DNA of 64,000 bases, from sequence record NC_031043.1; one strand, written 5' to 3'. The notes below the pieces were generated by a model. It was not told the origin of the DNA. It made no database searches and saw nothing but the letters and a program-made list of their open reading frames with translations. Position numbers and translations under genes: made by a program. This document shows, one piece after another, positions 55,843-64,000 of the stretch. Numbering within the stretch: the first letter of the stretch is position 1; each line of letters starts with the position of its first letter.

Positions 55843-56682
55843 ATGCCACTTTATAGTAAGTCTCAGCAACAGTTCCTGCTTGACGCGATTAATGCAGTGT
55901 CGCCGGGTGCGATTATGCCTGCCGACCTTGAGAATTGTACGTTTGGTGACCCCCGTGCAATTACTGCTAAGTTACCTGAAGACCCGAATACCGAGATTAC
56001 CTTACGAGGACGTCAAGGTCGTGGTTACATCGGGGTACAAACTTATCGCTATCGCCGCCTGTCGTTGAACGACTTATTCAAAAACTTTATTCCTCAGGTC
56101 ACTGCACCGACCGCATATGGCTGGCTGAATACCGTTGCAAAGAGAACTGCGTTTGCTCAGAACCTGAATGGGCGTTACGGGTTGAATCTGGTAGCGGATG
56201 ATATTCCGGAAAACTACATTTATTTGAACCTTGAGAACACACTGGCTGTTAAAGCAACGTGCGTGCAATATACAGGTTCTATTCGCTTCATGTCCATTCG
56301 TGGGAAGAACAACCTCGAAGACATGGTGCTGAACGACTTACTGCCGGTGATGAACCACCCGGTGGATGTAGCGCTGGATAAGAAAGCTATTGGGATGCTG
56401 ACGTACGGTTACGACTTCACAGAAGAACCGCAGTTAATGAAAGGGTTTGTGAATGGCAGTATGTCGGTGGGGGCTAACTTCACCAGTGGGTATTCTGCAG
56501 CCCTGATGGATTTACTGTCTGACCGTGGACTCCCGACCTTCGATTTCACGGGGGCGAAGATTACACGCAAAGCGACCACTGCGGAGCCTCGCTCTAACTC
56601 ACGCTTTGACTGGGTATTGGTGATTACCGATATTCAGGATGCTCAAGTTGGCGGTGACTGTTTACTGCATTACAACAATTAG
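55843..56682 (+). CDS. Virion tail/baseplate paralogue 5
   Basis: LLDAIN, YRRLSL; ends GDCLLHYN. Confidence 0.75.
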   Translation: MPLYSKSQQQFLLDAINAVSPGAIMPADLENCTFGDPRAITAKLPEDPNTEITLRGRQGRGYIGVQTYRYRRLSLNDLFKNFIPQVTAPTAYGWLNTVAKRTAFAQNLNGRYGLNLVADDIPENYIYLNLENTLAVKATCVQYTGSIRFMSIRGKNNLEDMVLNDLLPVMNHPVDVALDKKAIGMLTYGYDFTEEPQLMKGFVNGSMSVGANFTSGYSAALMDLLSDRGLPTFDFTGAKITRKATTAEPRSNSRFDWVLVITDIQDAQVGGDCLLHYNN

Positions 56683-56694
56683 GAATAGACACGA

Positions 56695-57579
56695 ATGGCT
56701 ATTTATCAACCTTCGAAAAATGTTCTTCTGGATGCGATTAATGCACAGAACTCGTTGACGATTAAGCTGACGGATATCGTGTTCAGCGCGCCAAAGGACA
56801 TTCGCGGTACTGAGAAAGGTACCACCACGGGTAAGAACACCCAAATCAAAGTCTCCGCCGCCCCTGTAGGTTCTACGTGGTCTGGCAAGAAGAACGTCTT
56901 CTATAACCGCTTGAGTCTGGCAGACCTGCCGGTACTACTCGGCACGACTATCGCTATCGGTGCCTCTATGGAGACTATCCATCCTGCGCTAACCGGTCTG
57001 AACAACCGTTATGGTTTCGTTTTCGATACCGACGATTTGGAAGACAGCGAGATTGAATGGAATCCAGATGGACTGACCGGTACGGTACTGTTGAAGGCCA
57101 AAGCCGATAGCTTGGGCTGGGTTGGGCAACAGCAATTCTCCGTAGTGAAAGGCGATGAATCACTCGAGTCGTCTGTGACCACGAATATCTTGACCGGTCT
57201 GAAATACCCGAACGGCCAGATGGGTTCTGAAACCCCAACGTCTATCATGGCACAGGTGTACTCGTATCCGTTCGACTTCACCAAGTACCAAGCTGCGCTG
57301 ATGGCGATGACTCCGCAGGTTATCTCCGGTCAAGTCCTCACCGACATGACCAACCTGTTGAAAGACATCACGGCAACCGCGTGGGTGGCAACGACTGCGA
57401 GCACGTTCGGTCTGGCCGGGGCAGAAATCCTCAGCGTGGGCCTCAACGACGCTGTCGCCATGCCAACCAACGTCAAGTACAAGTACGTGTTGGTGCTGAA
57501 ACTCCCAGCGACCACAACCAACATCACGGGCAACTTGTACCTCCAGTTCAACGATCTGGAAGATCCAAACGAGGTGTAA
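56695..57579 (+). CDS. Virion tail/baseplate paralogue 6
   Basis: LLDAIN, YNRLSL; ends GNLYLQFN. Confidence 0.75.
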   Translation: MAIYQPSKNVLLDAINAQNSLTIKLTDIVFSAPKDIRGTEKGTTTGKNTQIKVSAAPVGSTWSGKKNVFYNRLSLADLPVLLGTTIAIGASMETIHPALTGLNNRYGFVFDTDDLEDSEIEWNPDGLTGTVLLKAKADSLGWVGQQQFSVVKGDESLESSVTTNILTGLKYPNGQMGSETPTSIMAQVYSYPFDFTKYQAALMAMTPQVISGQVLTDMTNLLKDITATAWVATTASTFGLAGAEILSVGLNDAVAMPTNVKYKYVLVLKLPATTTNITGNLYLQFNDLEDPNEV

Positions 57580-57582
57580 CCA

Positions 57583-58425
57583 ATGCTCAATTTCTCTAAA
57601 CCGTCGAACGAGTTGGTGTTCGACTTAATTAACTTGGCGAACCCCGACCTGCCCGCGTATGTCAATGCGCAAAACTGTATTGTTGAGAAGATTACGCAGG
57701 TGCCAGTGAATGCGGCGAGTAACAACCGCAACACCACCGCGCGTATTCGTGGGGTGCAGGGTTCTGGCTTCCGTGACCAAATCACCGTGTTCTACGACCG
57801 TATTGATTTGCGTCGCCTGTTCCCATGGGGTCAGTACATCAATGCTACCGTGCGTGACGCGGCAGCGTTTACTAACTTCACCGCCCCGAATATTCACGCC
57901 GCTCTGTCCACTATCAATGAAACCTATGGCATTAACTTAGGTACCATGGACGTGGCGAACAGTGGCTTAGCCGGGATAAGTTCGCCTAACTACGTCTCTA
58001 CGGTTACGTTGGGCGCACAGGTGGCATCACCGGCTTACATCAACTCGGTGGTTATCACTTACAAGCGTGGACTTCCGGTACTGGATACTTCAATTGTCAC
58101 GGATTCTCTTGACACGATGAATCAGCCAGTTGACCCTGCTCTGAACCAGAAGTGTGTCGATATGCTGACTTACGGTATTGACTTCACGGCGTATCGTAAC
58201 TTGTTGACTGTCACTGCAGGTGGCTTGCCACAGTGGGATGGTCTGCGTAAGGTATTGGATGATCTGGGTATCCCTAACTATCCAGCACCTGACAGTAACA
58301 CGGTGCAAGACGTGGCGACTACCGGTTTGGCGACGGCTAATAAGGCGTATGACCGCGTTGTGGTACAAACAGGTATTGATGCAGCTGGCGTCAAGGGTCG
58401 TGCTTACTACCATTATAACAGCTAA
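57583..58425 (+). CDS. Virion tail/baseplate paralogue 7
   Basis: VFDLIN, FYDRIDL; ends GRAYYHYN. Confidence 0.75.
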   Translation: MLNFSKPSNELVFDLINLANPDLPAYVNAQNCIVEKITQVPVNAASNNRNTTARIRGVQGSGFRDQITVFYDRIDLRRLFPWGQYINATVRDAAAFTNFTAPNIHAALSTINETYGINLGTMDVANSGLAGISSPNYVSTVTLGAQVASPAYINSVVITYKRGLPVLDTSIVTDSLDTMNQPVDPALNQKCVDMLTYGIDFTAYRNLLTVTAGGLPQWDGLRKVLDDLGIPNYPAPDSNTVQDVATTGLATANKAYDRVVVQTGIDAAGVKGRAYYHYNS

Positions 58426-58428
58426 AAT

Positions 58429-58456
58429 AAGGCCCTTCGGGGCCTTTTTCTTTTTT
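58429..58456 (+). terminator. Intrinsic terminator
   Basis: aaggccc-ttcg-gggcctt followed by a T-run. Confidence 0.8.
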
Positions 58457-58468
58457 GAGGACGTTGCA

Positions 58469-59788
58469 ATGATTGACTATCGTAAGCCTGCATCGCAACT
58501 GGTTTGGGACCAAATTAATAGAGATAACCCAAACTTGCCCTATCCTGTCAACGCGAATAACGTTGCGATACTGCAAGGTCCTTTAACCACTGGGTTACAA
58601 GGCGGGAGAAATACCCGTCTGATTATTAATGGCCTGCCGAACAGCAGCTACACGGGCAAAGCTACGGTATTCTACGACCGACTTAATCTCGGTATCTATT
58701 TCCGGTCTCTTCGCCCAAGTGTTTCGGTACCTTATCGAGCCACAATGCTGAAAGAGATTGTGAATGAAGTGTCAGAAGCCACCGGGTTGAAACTCACGGT
58801 GGAAGACCTCGCCGCCCCCGACACGGTATTCGGCGCCATTAATACCACCACGGCGTCAGTCAATATCGCTATTGCAGCCACGTGCCCTGCCTTTACCGGT
58901 GTGGTACCAATTCAATTCGTTAGACAGAAGCCCAGCTTCGTCGATATGTATACCGACACAGCTACCACCGTTTGGGAAGCGCCTGACATTTACAGCACGG
59001 TCTACCAGTTAGACTGGACACCTTACAGCACGCAGATGGTCAGTGTACCGATGGGTGTTGCGTTAAGTAAAAACTCCACAGGGATGCCTGCGTTCCTTGC
59101 GGCGTTGCGAAACTGGTCAGGTATTCCGTTTACCATCGGCAGTGCGGTAAACGATGACCCGTATGACCTTTTCGGTTATGTGGCTACCCGTGATAATAAC
59201 CCTGGGGTTAATCCTGAGATGCGGGGCGAGTTTAATGTCTGTATCAAGTTAACGCCACCTGCGGCGCTGTTGAACTTGCGTAGGCCGTTCTATTTACACA
59301 TTACCCGCAAAGATGGGAAACTTTATTTAACGCAGGAAGCCGATTTACTGCGTTATGCGAAACTTGCGGGTATTACGACAGACGACACATCAGGTCCGGG
59401 TGCAGGCAACGCGAATAAACTGTTACTGGTTAAAACACCGCCGACTGTAGCAGCGCACGTCCTGTTAGGCACGCCTTACGGTGGGTACATGATGGGTAAC
59501 ATCCCGTGGACGCGAATGATGCAACATGCATACCCGACACAAGCGATGTATAACCTCAATGCTGCTGCTAACCGCACGGTACTGACCCAGTCGAATTACG
59601 TCACATGGACGTTTACCGCACAGACCACCGGTTTATTGCGTAACGGCTATCAAAGCCTAGATGCGTCGTCTACCGCAGCACTCACCTGTGTTCAGTTCGT
59701 TTACTACGATACGGATATTGCTGGCTACAAGTCCTATAACCCGTTCTCTAAAACAACACCGGCTAATTGGTATCCGCCGTTCGTTTGA
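58469..59788 (+). CDS. Virion tail paralogue 8 with C-terminal extension
   Basis: SD gagga before 58469 (the ORF-track start at 58220 overlaps the previous gene and the terminator); family domain plus a unique C-terminal region. Confidence 0.75.
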   Translation: MIDYRKPASQLVWDQINRDNPNLPYPVNANNVAILQGPLTTGLQGGRNTRLIINGLPNSSYTGKATVFYDRLNLGIYFRSLRPSVSVPYRATMLKEIVNEVSEATGLKLTVEDLAAPDTVFGAINTTTASVNIAIAATCPAFTGVVPIQFVRQKPSFVDMYTDTATTVWEAPDIYSTVYQLDWTPYSTQMVSVPMGVALSKNSTGMPAFLAALRNWSGIPFTIGSAVNDDPYDLFGYVATRDNNPGVNPEMRGEFNVCIKLTPPAALLNLRRPFYLHITRKDGKLYLTQEADLLRYAKLAGITTDDTSGPGAGNANKLLLVKTPPTVAAHVLLGTPYGGYMMGNIPWTRMMQHAYPTQAMYNLNAAANRTVLTQSNYVTWTFTAQTTGLLRNGYQSLDASSTAALTCVQFVYYDTDIAGYKSYNPFSKTTPANWYPPFV

Positions 59789-59796
59789 GGTGAAGC

Positions 59797-61956
59797 ATGG
59801 CATACGTTCCTGATTTAAAAGCAGCTGTGATTCGTTCTCTTAACAGAAAGAACGCGGTTACTGCTGCATGGGCAGTTAACCCTGACGATGTTGAGTTGGT
59901 ATCTGTAGTCCCACGGGACCACCGTACGTTAGACGTCACTGTGCAAGGCAAGCCTTCACAACCGACGTACGGCACGCTTACCGCTCAGGTGTACCGTCAG
60001 GATATTGCTGACTACTTCGCTAAGGTTGCACTGCCTACGTTCCCTACTGCCACCAGTGTTCACAAACTGTTGCCTGACTTGACTGCACAGTTAGGGATTG
60101 ATTTCGACTTGGCTGACTTTGTGGATAATCCCATCACGTGGGTCGGTAGTAATGCAACAGTGACGTTCCAAGCCACGGAGAACAGTCTGTTCTGGTTTGG
60201 TACGGCTATCGTTAATATCACGACAGCGGTCACTGACATTAATAGCGTGTATACATTAGTTAACCTTAACCTGACACTCAAGGCCGCTAATCGTCAACAG
60301 TGGATTGACTTCTATTCAGCCTCTGGTAAACGCACTATTGACGAAACCAAGGTCGATGTGGGTAATCCACAAGACCCGGCTGAGTTAGGTTTGACCAGTA
60401 CGTATAACACGGTTATTGCTTTAACAGCTAAACCAAACTCTGGACTAACCGGGGTGCGTTACGTCTTCTATACCCGCGTTGATTTAGCCAAGTCATTCGA
60501 AGGGGCCGAAACGTATGTTGATAACGCCTTTAATGGTACACTGTACGACGCGTTAGTAACCGATAACATGGGGCTGCGGAACCTCATCACGGTAGAAGAG
60601 GTGGCAGACACCGTATTAGATTTGTCGGCATGGCCGGTCACTACCCAGCTTAAACCTAACCCGCAATCATTTAAAACCTTTGGGGTTGCCAACGTCAAGC
60701 TGCTGCGTTATCAGGACGATATCAAAAAGGCAGTGTTGAATTTTAATTCGAATAGCGTATTATTAACGTTCGCTACGTTCGCGGCTAGTATTCAAGCGCT
60801 TGTAAAGAAAGCTGCCACGCTCCAGTTGGAAATTAATGTGGGGGCGGGGGTGACCCTTTGCGGTGCGTCGTTAGCCGAGCCGACATTGAGTTTCAAGCCT
60901 ATGTCCGGTTACGGTAGGATTGAGATTTACTTGACGAACCGTGGTAACATTTACGGTCGTGGGTCTGACTACGGGGCATTTACGGTAACGTCTGTCGCGA
61001 GTGACGCTATTAACGTATCGAATGACTTCATGGGAAAAATCGTCATTAATAACCTCGGTAATATTGCGGGGGGTGGTGGCGGAGGGACATCGGCTTCGGG
61101 TTGGCAGTATACCTGTCACGGCGGTGGCGGGATGCCGTTCGGTAAGACGGGTACACGGTCAAATGCAAACGACTATCCGGGTAGTAATGCGAACATATCG
61201 AACGCAGGTAGCGGGGGTTCAGCCAACGTCAGCGCCATCTCCTATAACGGTGGTCCGGGTGGGGATGCTGGTCAGCCGGGCAAATTCGGTTATCGAGCCA
61301 ACCTTTCGGCCATCCCGTACATTAACTTCATTAACAGTGACGAACTGCCTCGCCCTCCGGGTAAAGCCGTTTCTGGTAATGTCGATTTAATCGAATGGGA
61401 GTACGTCGGTAATGTTAAACCTGCGCTGTATAACAAGCTTGCGCGGTTCAAGGCTTATGTAGACAGCCTTACAAACATATCGCGGGTCGATGCCAAGGAT
61501 GAGGTGTCCACGGTTACTGACTTTACTAAACCCATTGCGGTGACATACACCCCCATCTTTACGGGTGCTAATGGAACCACCGATTACCCTTATGGGTCAG
61601 CATGGGGCGAAGCCGTTATCGGGAGTAGCTTTGCTAAGGCTTTGGTACATGCTTTCGAAGATGCACACTCAGCACACGCGGGGTTTGTCTGGGGAGGTTT
61701 AGCGCTAGTTGAGTTTGAACCGGCTCTCCTGAACGCGTCGTTCTCTACGGTTATCTACCGAAATAACGTGTCCACCGCAACGTTAACCGGTGTACGTCAA
61801 GCCCGTAAAATTGGGCGTATGGTTTATTACGATTACTATCGTGATGAAATCGTCGAGTGCTTCCCAAGTCAGAAGAAAGGCTTCACTGTATGGCCAGTCC
61901 CGTTAGCATTCAACTTGTCTGAGGCGAATGGGGAGTTGGCTGGATTTAAATCTTAA
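59797..61956 (+). CDS. Tail fibre-like protein: two family domains plus a gp38-like glycine-rich adhesin and a C-terminal domain
   Basis: NIYGRG, NIAGGGGGG, GGGGMPFG, GGDAG and GKAVSG motifs as in T-even gp38. Confidence 0.75.
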   Translation: MAYVPDLKAAVIRSLNRKNAVTAAWAVNPDDVELVSVVPRDHRTLDVTVQGKPSQPTYGTLTAQVYRQDIADYFAKVALPTFPTATSVHKLLPDLTAQLGIDFDLADFVDNPITWVGSNATVTFQATENSLFWFGTAIVNITTAVTDINSVYTLVNLNLTLKAANRQQWIDFYSASGKRTIDETKVDVGNPQDPAELGLTSTYNTVIALTAKPNSGLTGVRYVFYTRVDLAKSFEGAETYVDNAFNGTLYDALVTDNMGLRNLITVEEVADTVLDLSAWPVTTQLKPNPQSFKTFGVANVKLLRYQDDIKKAVLNFNSNSVLLTFATFAASIQALVKKAATLQLEINVGAGVTLCGASLAEPTLSFKPMSGYGRIEIYLTNRGNIYGRGSDYGAFTVTSVASDAINVSNDFMGKIVINNLGNIAGGGGGGTSASGWQYTCHGGGGMPFGKTGTRSNANDYPGSNANISNAGSGGSANVSAISYNGGPGGDAGQPGKFGYRANLSAIPYINFINSDELPRPPGKAVSGNVDLIEWEYVGNVKPALYNKLARFKAYVDSLTNISRVDAKDEVSTVTDFTKPIAVTYTPIFTGANGTTDYPYGSAWGEAVIGSSFAKALVHAFEDAHSAHAGFVWGGLALVEFEPALLNASFSTVIYRNNVSTATLTGVRQARKIGRMVYYDYYRDEIVECFPSQKKGFTVWPVPLAFNLSEANGELAGFKS

Positions 61957-61974
61957 TCGCAGCCGGGAACTTAT

Positions 61975-63378
61975 ATGAAATTTTATTCTAAGGCCGCCCT
62001 ACAACTGTTATACGACCAGGTCAATCGAGACAACCCACATCTTCCGGTGAAACTGACTCCGGAGATTGCAGCGTTAACCGATGGCCCCATCGCTAAATCA
62101 ATTAACGGGCGAAATACTCAGGTAACTTTTACGGGTTTCCCGGGTACCGGTGTACAGGGTAGGGTCTTGCTGTATTACGACCGAGTGAACCTGACCACGC
62201 TGTTCAACTTTACACCAGTGGTTTACTTCCCAGCGTCTGTGACGACGGTTACTGATGCCTTACCGTACATTAATGAAATGCTCGGTCTGTCACTCATCGC
62301 TGGGGATGTGACAACGCCTAATGCTAACGTACCTGCTCCGAATGCGAAACAGAAACCGCTGACGCTGACTATCTTAGGGTCATCCCCGGCGTATACCGGG
62401 CGGTTGGTTCTGAATTACATGATAGCTGAATCAGGGTATTATCCTAATTCAGGTCCGGGGCCGAAGTCACTGCGTATCGGTACGCAGGCGATGGGGTACT
62501 TCGGTATAGCGTCCGATGCGGAGCTGATGTCTCGTAAAGACTTCATGGCGGCAGCCTTCCTGAAGTCCACCCCGACCTTAATCTCGGGAGCGGAAGGTTG
62601 GCACAAGTTCTTCTATCAAGGAAGCGTGCTGTATCTCCCGGTGTTCATGCTCGTGCAAGGTGTCTCATGGAACACGCTGTATGCTGAAGGGCTGGTCTAC
62701 GGCACAGACAATACTGGCGTGGTTCCGGGTACTCCAGCAGTTAACCAGTCACGTATCATCGTCAGTAACGGTTCAGAGGGGCGTTTTTACTTACGCCCTC
62801 GCTTACCTAGCTATGCTCTCGGCGACCCTGCACAAGGGACGACTGCGGAGAAGGTAGGTAGTGAGCTGGACATGGTGAGTAAACTGTATAACGGTGAATG
62901 GTCAACACCTGATAATGCGACCCCGTTCACCAGTTACGTGCTGTTCCGCACCACGGTAGCCGGTAGTGCCACGGCACACCTGATGGGTTACCTGTCAAGT
63001 GCCAGTGGGTTCTCGCAGGCGAAAGCCACGGCTTACGCTACGGGTTACTGGACACCGATTGTTGAACTGGTCGACAGCAGTACCGTATTGCTAGGGCTTG
63101 AAGAGTTCCGTGGGAAAGTTGATGTGGTCACCACACCTATCTCATTTAGTGCAGCGAATCAGTTCTCGTTAGCACCAATTGAATTTGGTTTACCGGATAC
63201 CATCGATTACCAACCAGTGACATTTGTTACTGAGAACCGGATGTACTTAAGTCCTCTGCTGCCGTATGCACCGAAAACCATTGACTTCGGGCCGATCGTC
63301 TTCACGGCAAGTCTGTACGAACCACCACCGAAAATATCACTCGCGTCATTAGACGGCGAGTTAAACGGTTTTAATTAG
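61975..63378 (+). CDS. Virion tail paralogue 10 with C-terminal accessory domain
   Basis: N-terminus similar to 58469 (QLL/VYDQVNRDNP.LP); GPGP..L.IG...GYFG / W.KF..G..LYLP / W..LY..GLV.G domain shared with the next gene. Confidence 0.75.
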   Translation: MKFYSKAALQLLYDQVNRDNPHLPVKLTPEIAALTDGPIAKSINGRNTQVTFTGFPGTGVQGRVLLYYDRVNLTTLFNFTPVVYFPASVTTVTDALPYINEMLGLSLIAGDVTTPNANVPAPNAKQKPLTLTILGSSPAYTGRLVLNYMIAESGYYPNSGPGPKSLRIGTQAMGYFGIASDAELMSRKDFMAAAFLKSTPTLISGAEGWHKFFYQGSVLYLPVFMLVQGVSWNTLYAEGLVYGTDNTGVVPGTPAVNQSRIIVSNGSEGRFYLRPRLPSYALGDPAQGTTAEKVGSELDMVSKLYNGEWSTPDNATPFTSYVLFRTTVAGSATAHLMGYLSSASGFSQAKATAYATGYWTPIVELVDSSTVLLGLEEFRGKVDVVTTPISFSAANQFSLAPIEFGLPDTIDYQPVTFVTENRMYLSPLLPYAPKTIDFGPIVFTASLYEPPPKISLASLDGELNGFN

Positions 63379-63390
63379 GGGGTAATCTCT

Positions 63391-64000
63391 ATGTCATTTA
63401 CATTACGTTGGAAGAACCCTAACGCCATTGCGACCACGGTAAACATCTACCGTGATACCAAGGACATTTCTCCAGCTGCTTTACCTGCGCCTATCGTAAC
63501 ACTGACCAACGGTGAAACGGAGTGGCGTGACCCAACTGCGGTTCCGGGACAGACGTACTGGTATTTGTCCACGGTAACGGCTAATGGCAAGACGGTATTC
63601 ACGGCCAGTCAGAAATACACTATCGCGGTCAAACGCGGTATTGGGCCAATGACCTTTATTGCTGGCGATGACCGTCTGGGGTTCATGGGGGCGGTGCCCT
63701 ATGATGAATTGTGGACACCGGGGCAAATGCCTGCTGGTTTCTTGGCAATTTTCCCTACGCTATTAACCGACCGCGTGCAATTGTACAAATTCTCTCGCCA
63801 CGGGAAAATTCTGTACATCCTTGGCGTCGCTGGGCAATTCCCTGGTTATGTTAACTGGGCTTCGTTGTATCAGGCTGGGCTAGTTTTCGGTCGAGACGAC
63901 AACGGGCCTGCTGGGGCAAATGGATTATTGACCCCTACTCCGCAAGACGCGAAGATTCTCCACAACGGCGATGTGTACCGCATGCGTCTCCCACGAGGGT
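63391..64000 (+). CDS. 3'-truncated virion protein with N-terminal FN3/Ig-like domain
   Basis: SD ggggg; L.W.NP....IYR....W.D......Y.Y; then GIGP..F..GD...GFMG / W..LY.AGLV.G; no stop before the window end. Confidence 0.7.
   Translation, partial: MSFTLRWKNPNAIATTVNIYRDTKDISPAALPAPIVTLTNGETEWRDPTAVPGQTYWYLSTVTANGKTVFTASQKYTIAVKRGIGPMTFIAGDDRLGFMGAVPYDELWTPGQMPAGFLAIFPTLLTDRVQLYKFSRHGKILYILGVAGQFPGYVNWASLYQAGLVFGRDDNGPAGANGLLTPTPQDAKILHNGDVYRMRLPRG

Noticed and set aside
58220-58468. ORF-track N-terminal extension of the 522-aa protein
   Set aside because: It overlaps the previous gene and a terminator; a strong SD precedes the ATG at 58469, which matches the paralogue N-terminus.
1-64000. 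tRNA, rRNA, CRISPR arrays, IS elements, introns/inteins, stop-codon recoding
   Set aside because: No cloverleaf, repeat-spacer array, transposase, HNH/LAGLIDADG or intein motifs were seen by eye. ORFs tile the window under the standard code, and TAA, TAG and TGA are all used as stops. tRNAscan/Infernal were not run.

Overview
This is a 64-kb, very gene-dense segment of a phiKZ-related jumbo myophage genome. It is most likely SPN3US/Erwinia-jumbo-like with an Enterobacterales host, since its PhoH and ThyA closely resemble the E. coli proteins. Almost all genes lie on +; only the DnaB-like helicase and the probable portal lie on -. Layout: (i) 1-20.5 kb, core block with helicase, major capsid, non-virion RNAP beta-like subunit, portal, virion proteins and RuvC-like resolvase; (ii) 20.5-52.2 kb, accessory/early region with endolysin, SLOG/DprA-like protein, PhoH, five GNATs, dTMP kinase, ThyA, MazG-like pyrophosphatase, BCS1-like AAA+, HslV- and HslU-like proteins, lipoproteins and many small ORFs; (iii) 52.3-64 kb, tandem array of paralogous tail/baseplate proteins. 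Best novelty candidates: a 97-aa stand-alone protein ending in CESGACKL, almost identical to the redox-active C-terminal tail of E. coli ribonucleotide reductase NrdA; a phage HslUV pair with a roughly 400-aa replaced I-domain; a T-even gp38-like adhesin embedded in a jumbo-phage tail protein; a Ser-less prohead-protease paralogue; a stand-alone LigA NAD-binding domain Ia; a three-gene GNAT cassette; and a five-hairpin intergenic element. No tRNA, rRNA, CRISPR array or transposase was seen. All family assignments come from motif recognition by eye and recalled reference sequences, not database searches. Several starts were moved from the ORF track using Shine-Dalgarno evidence.
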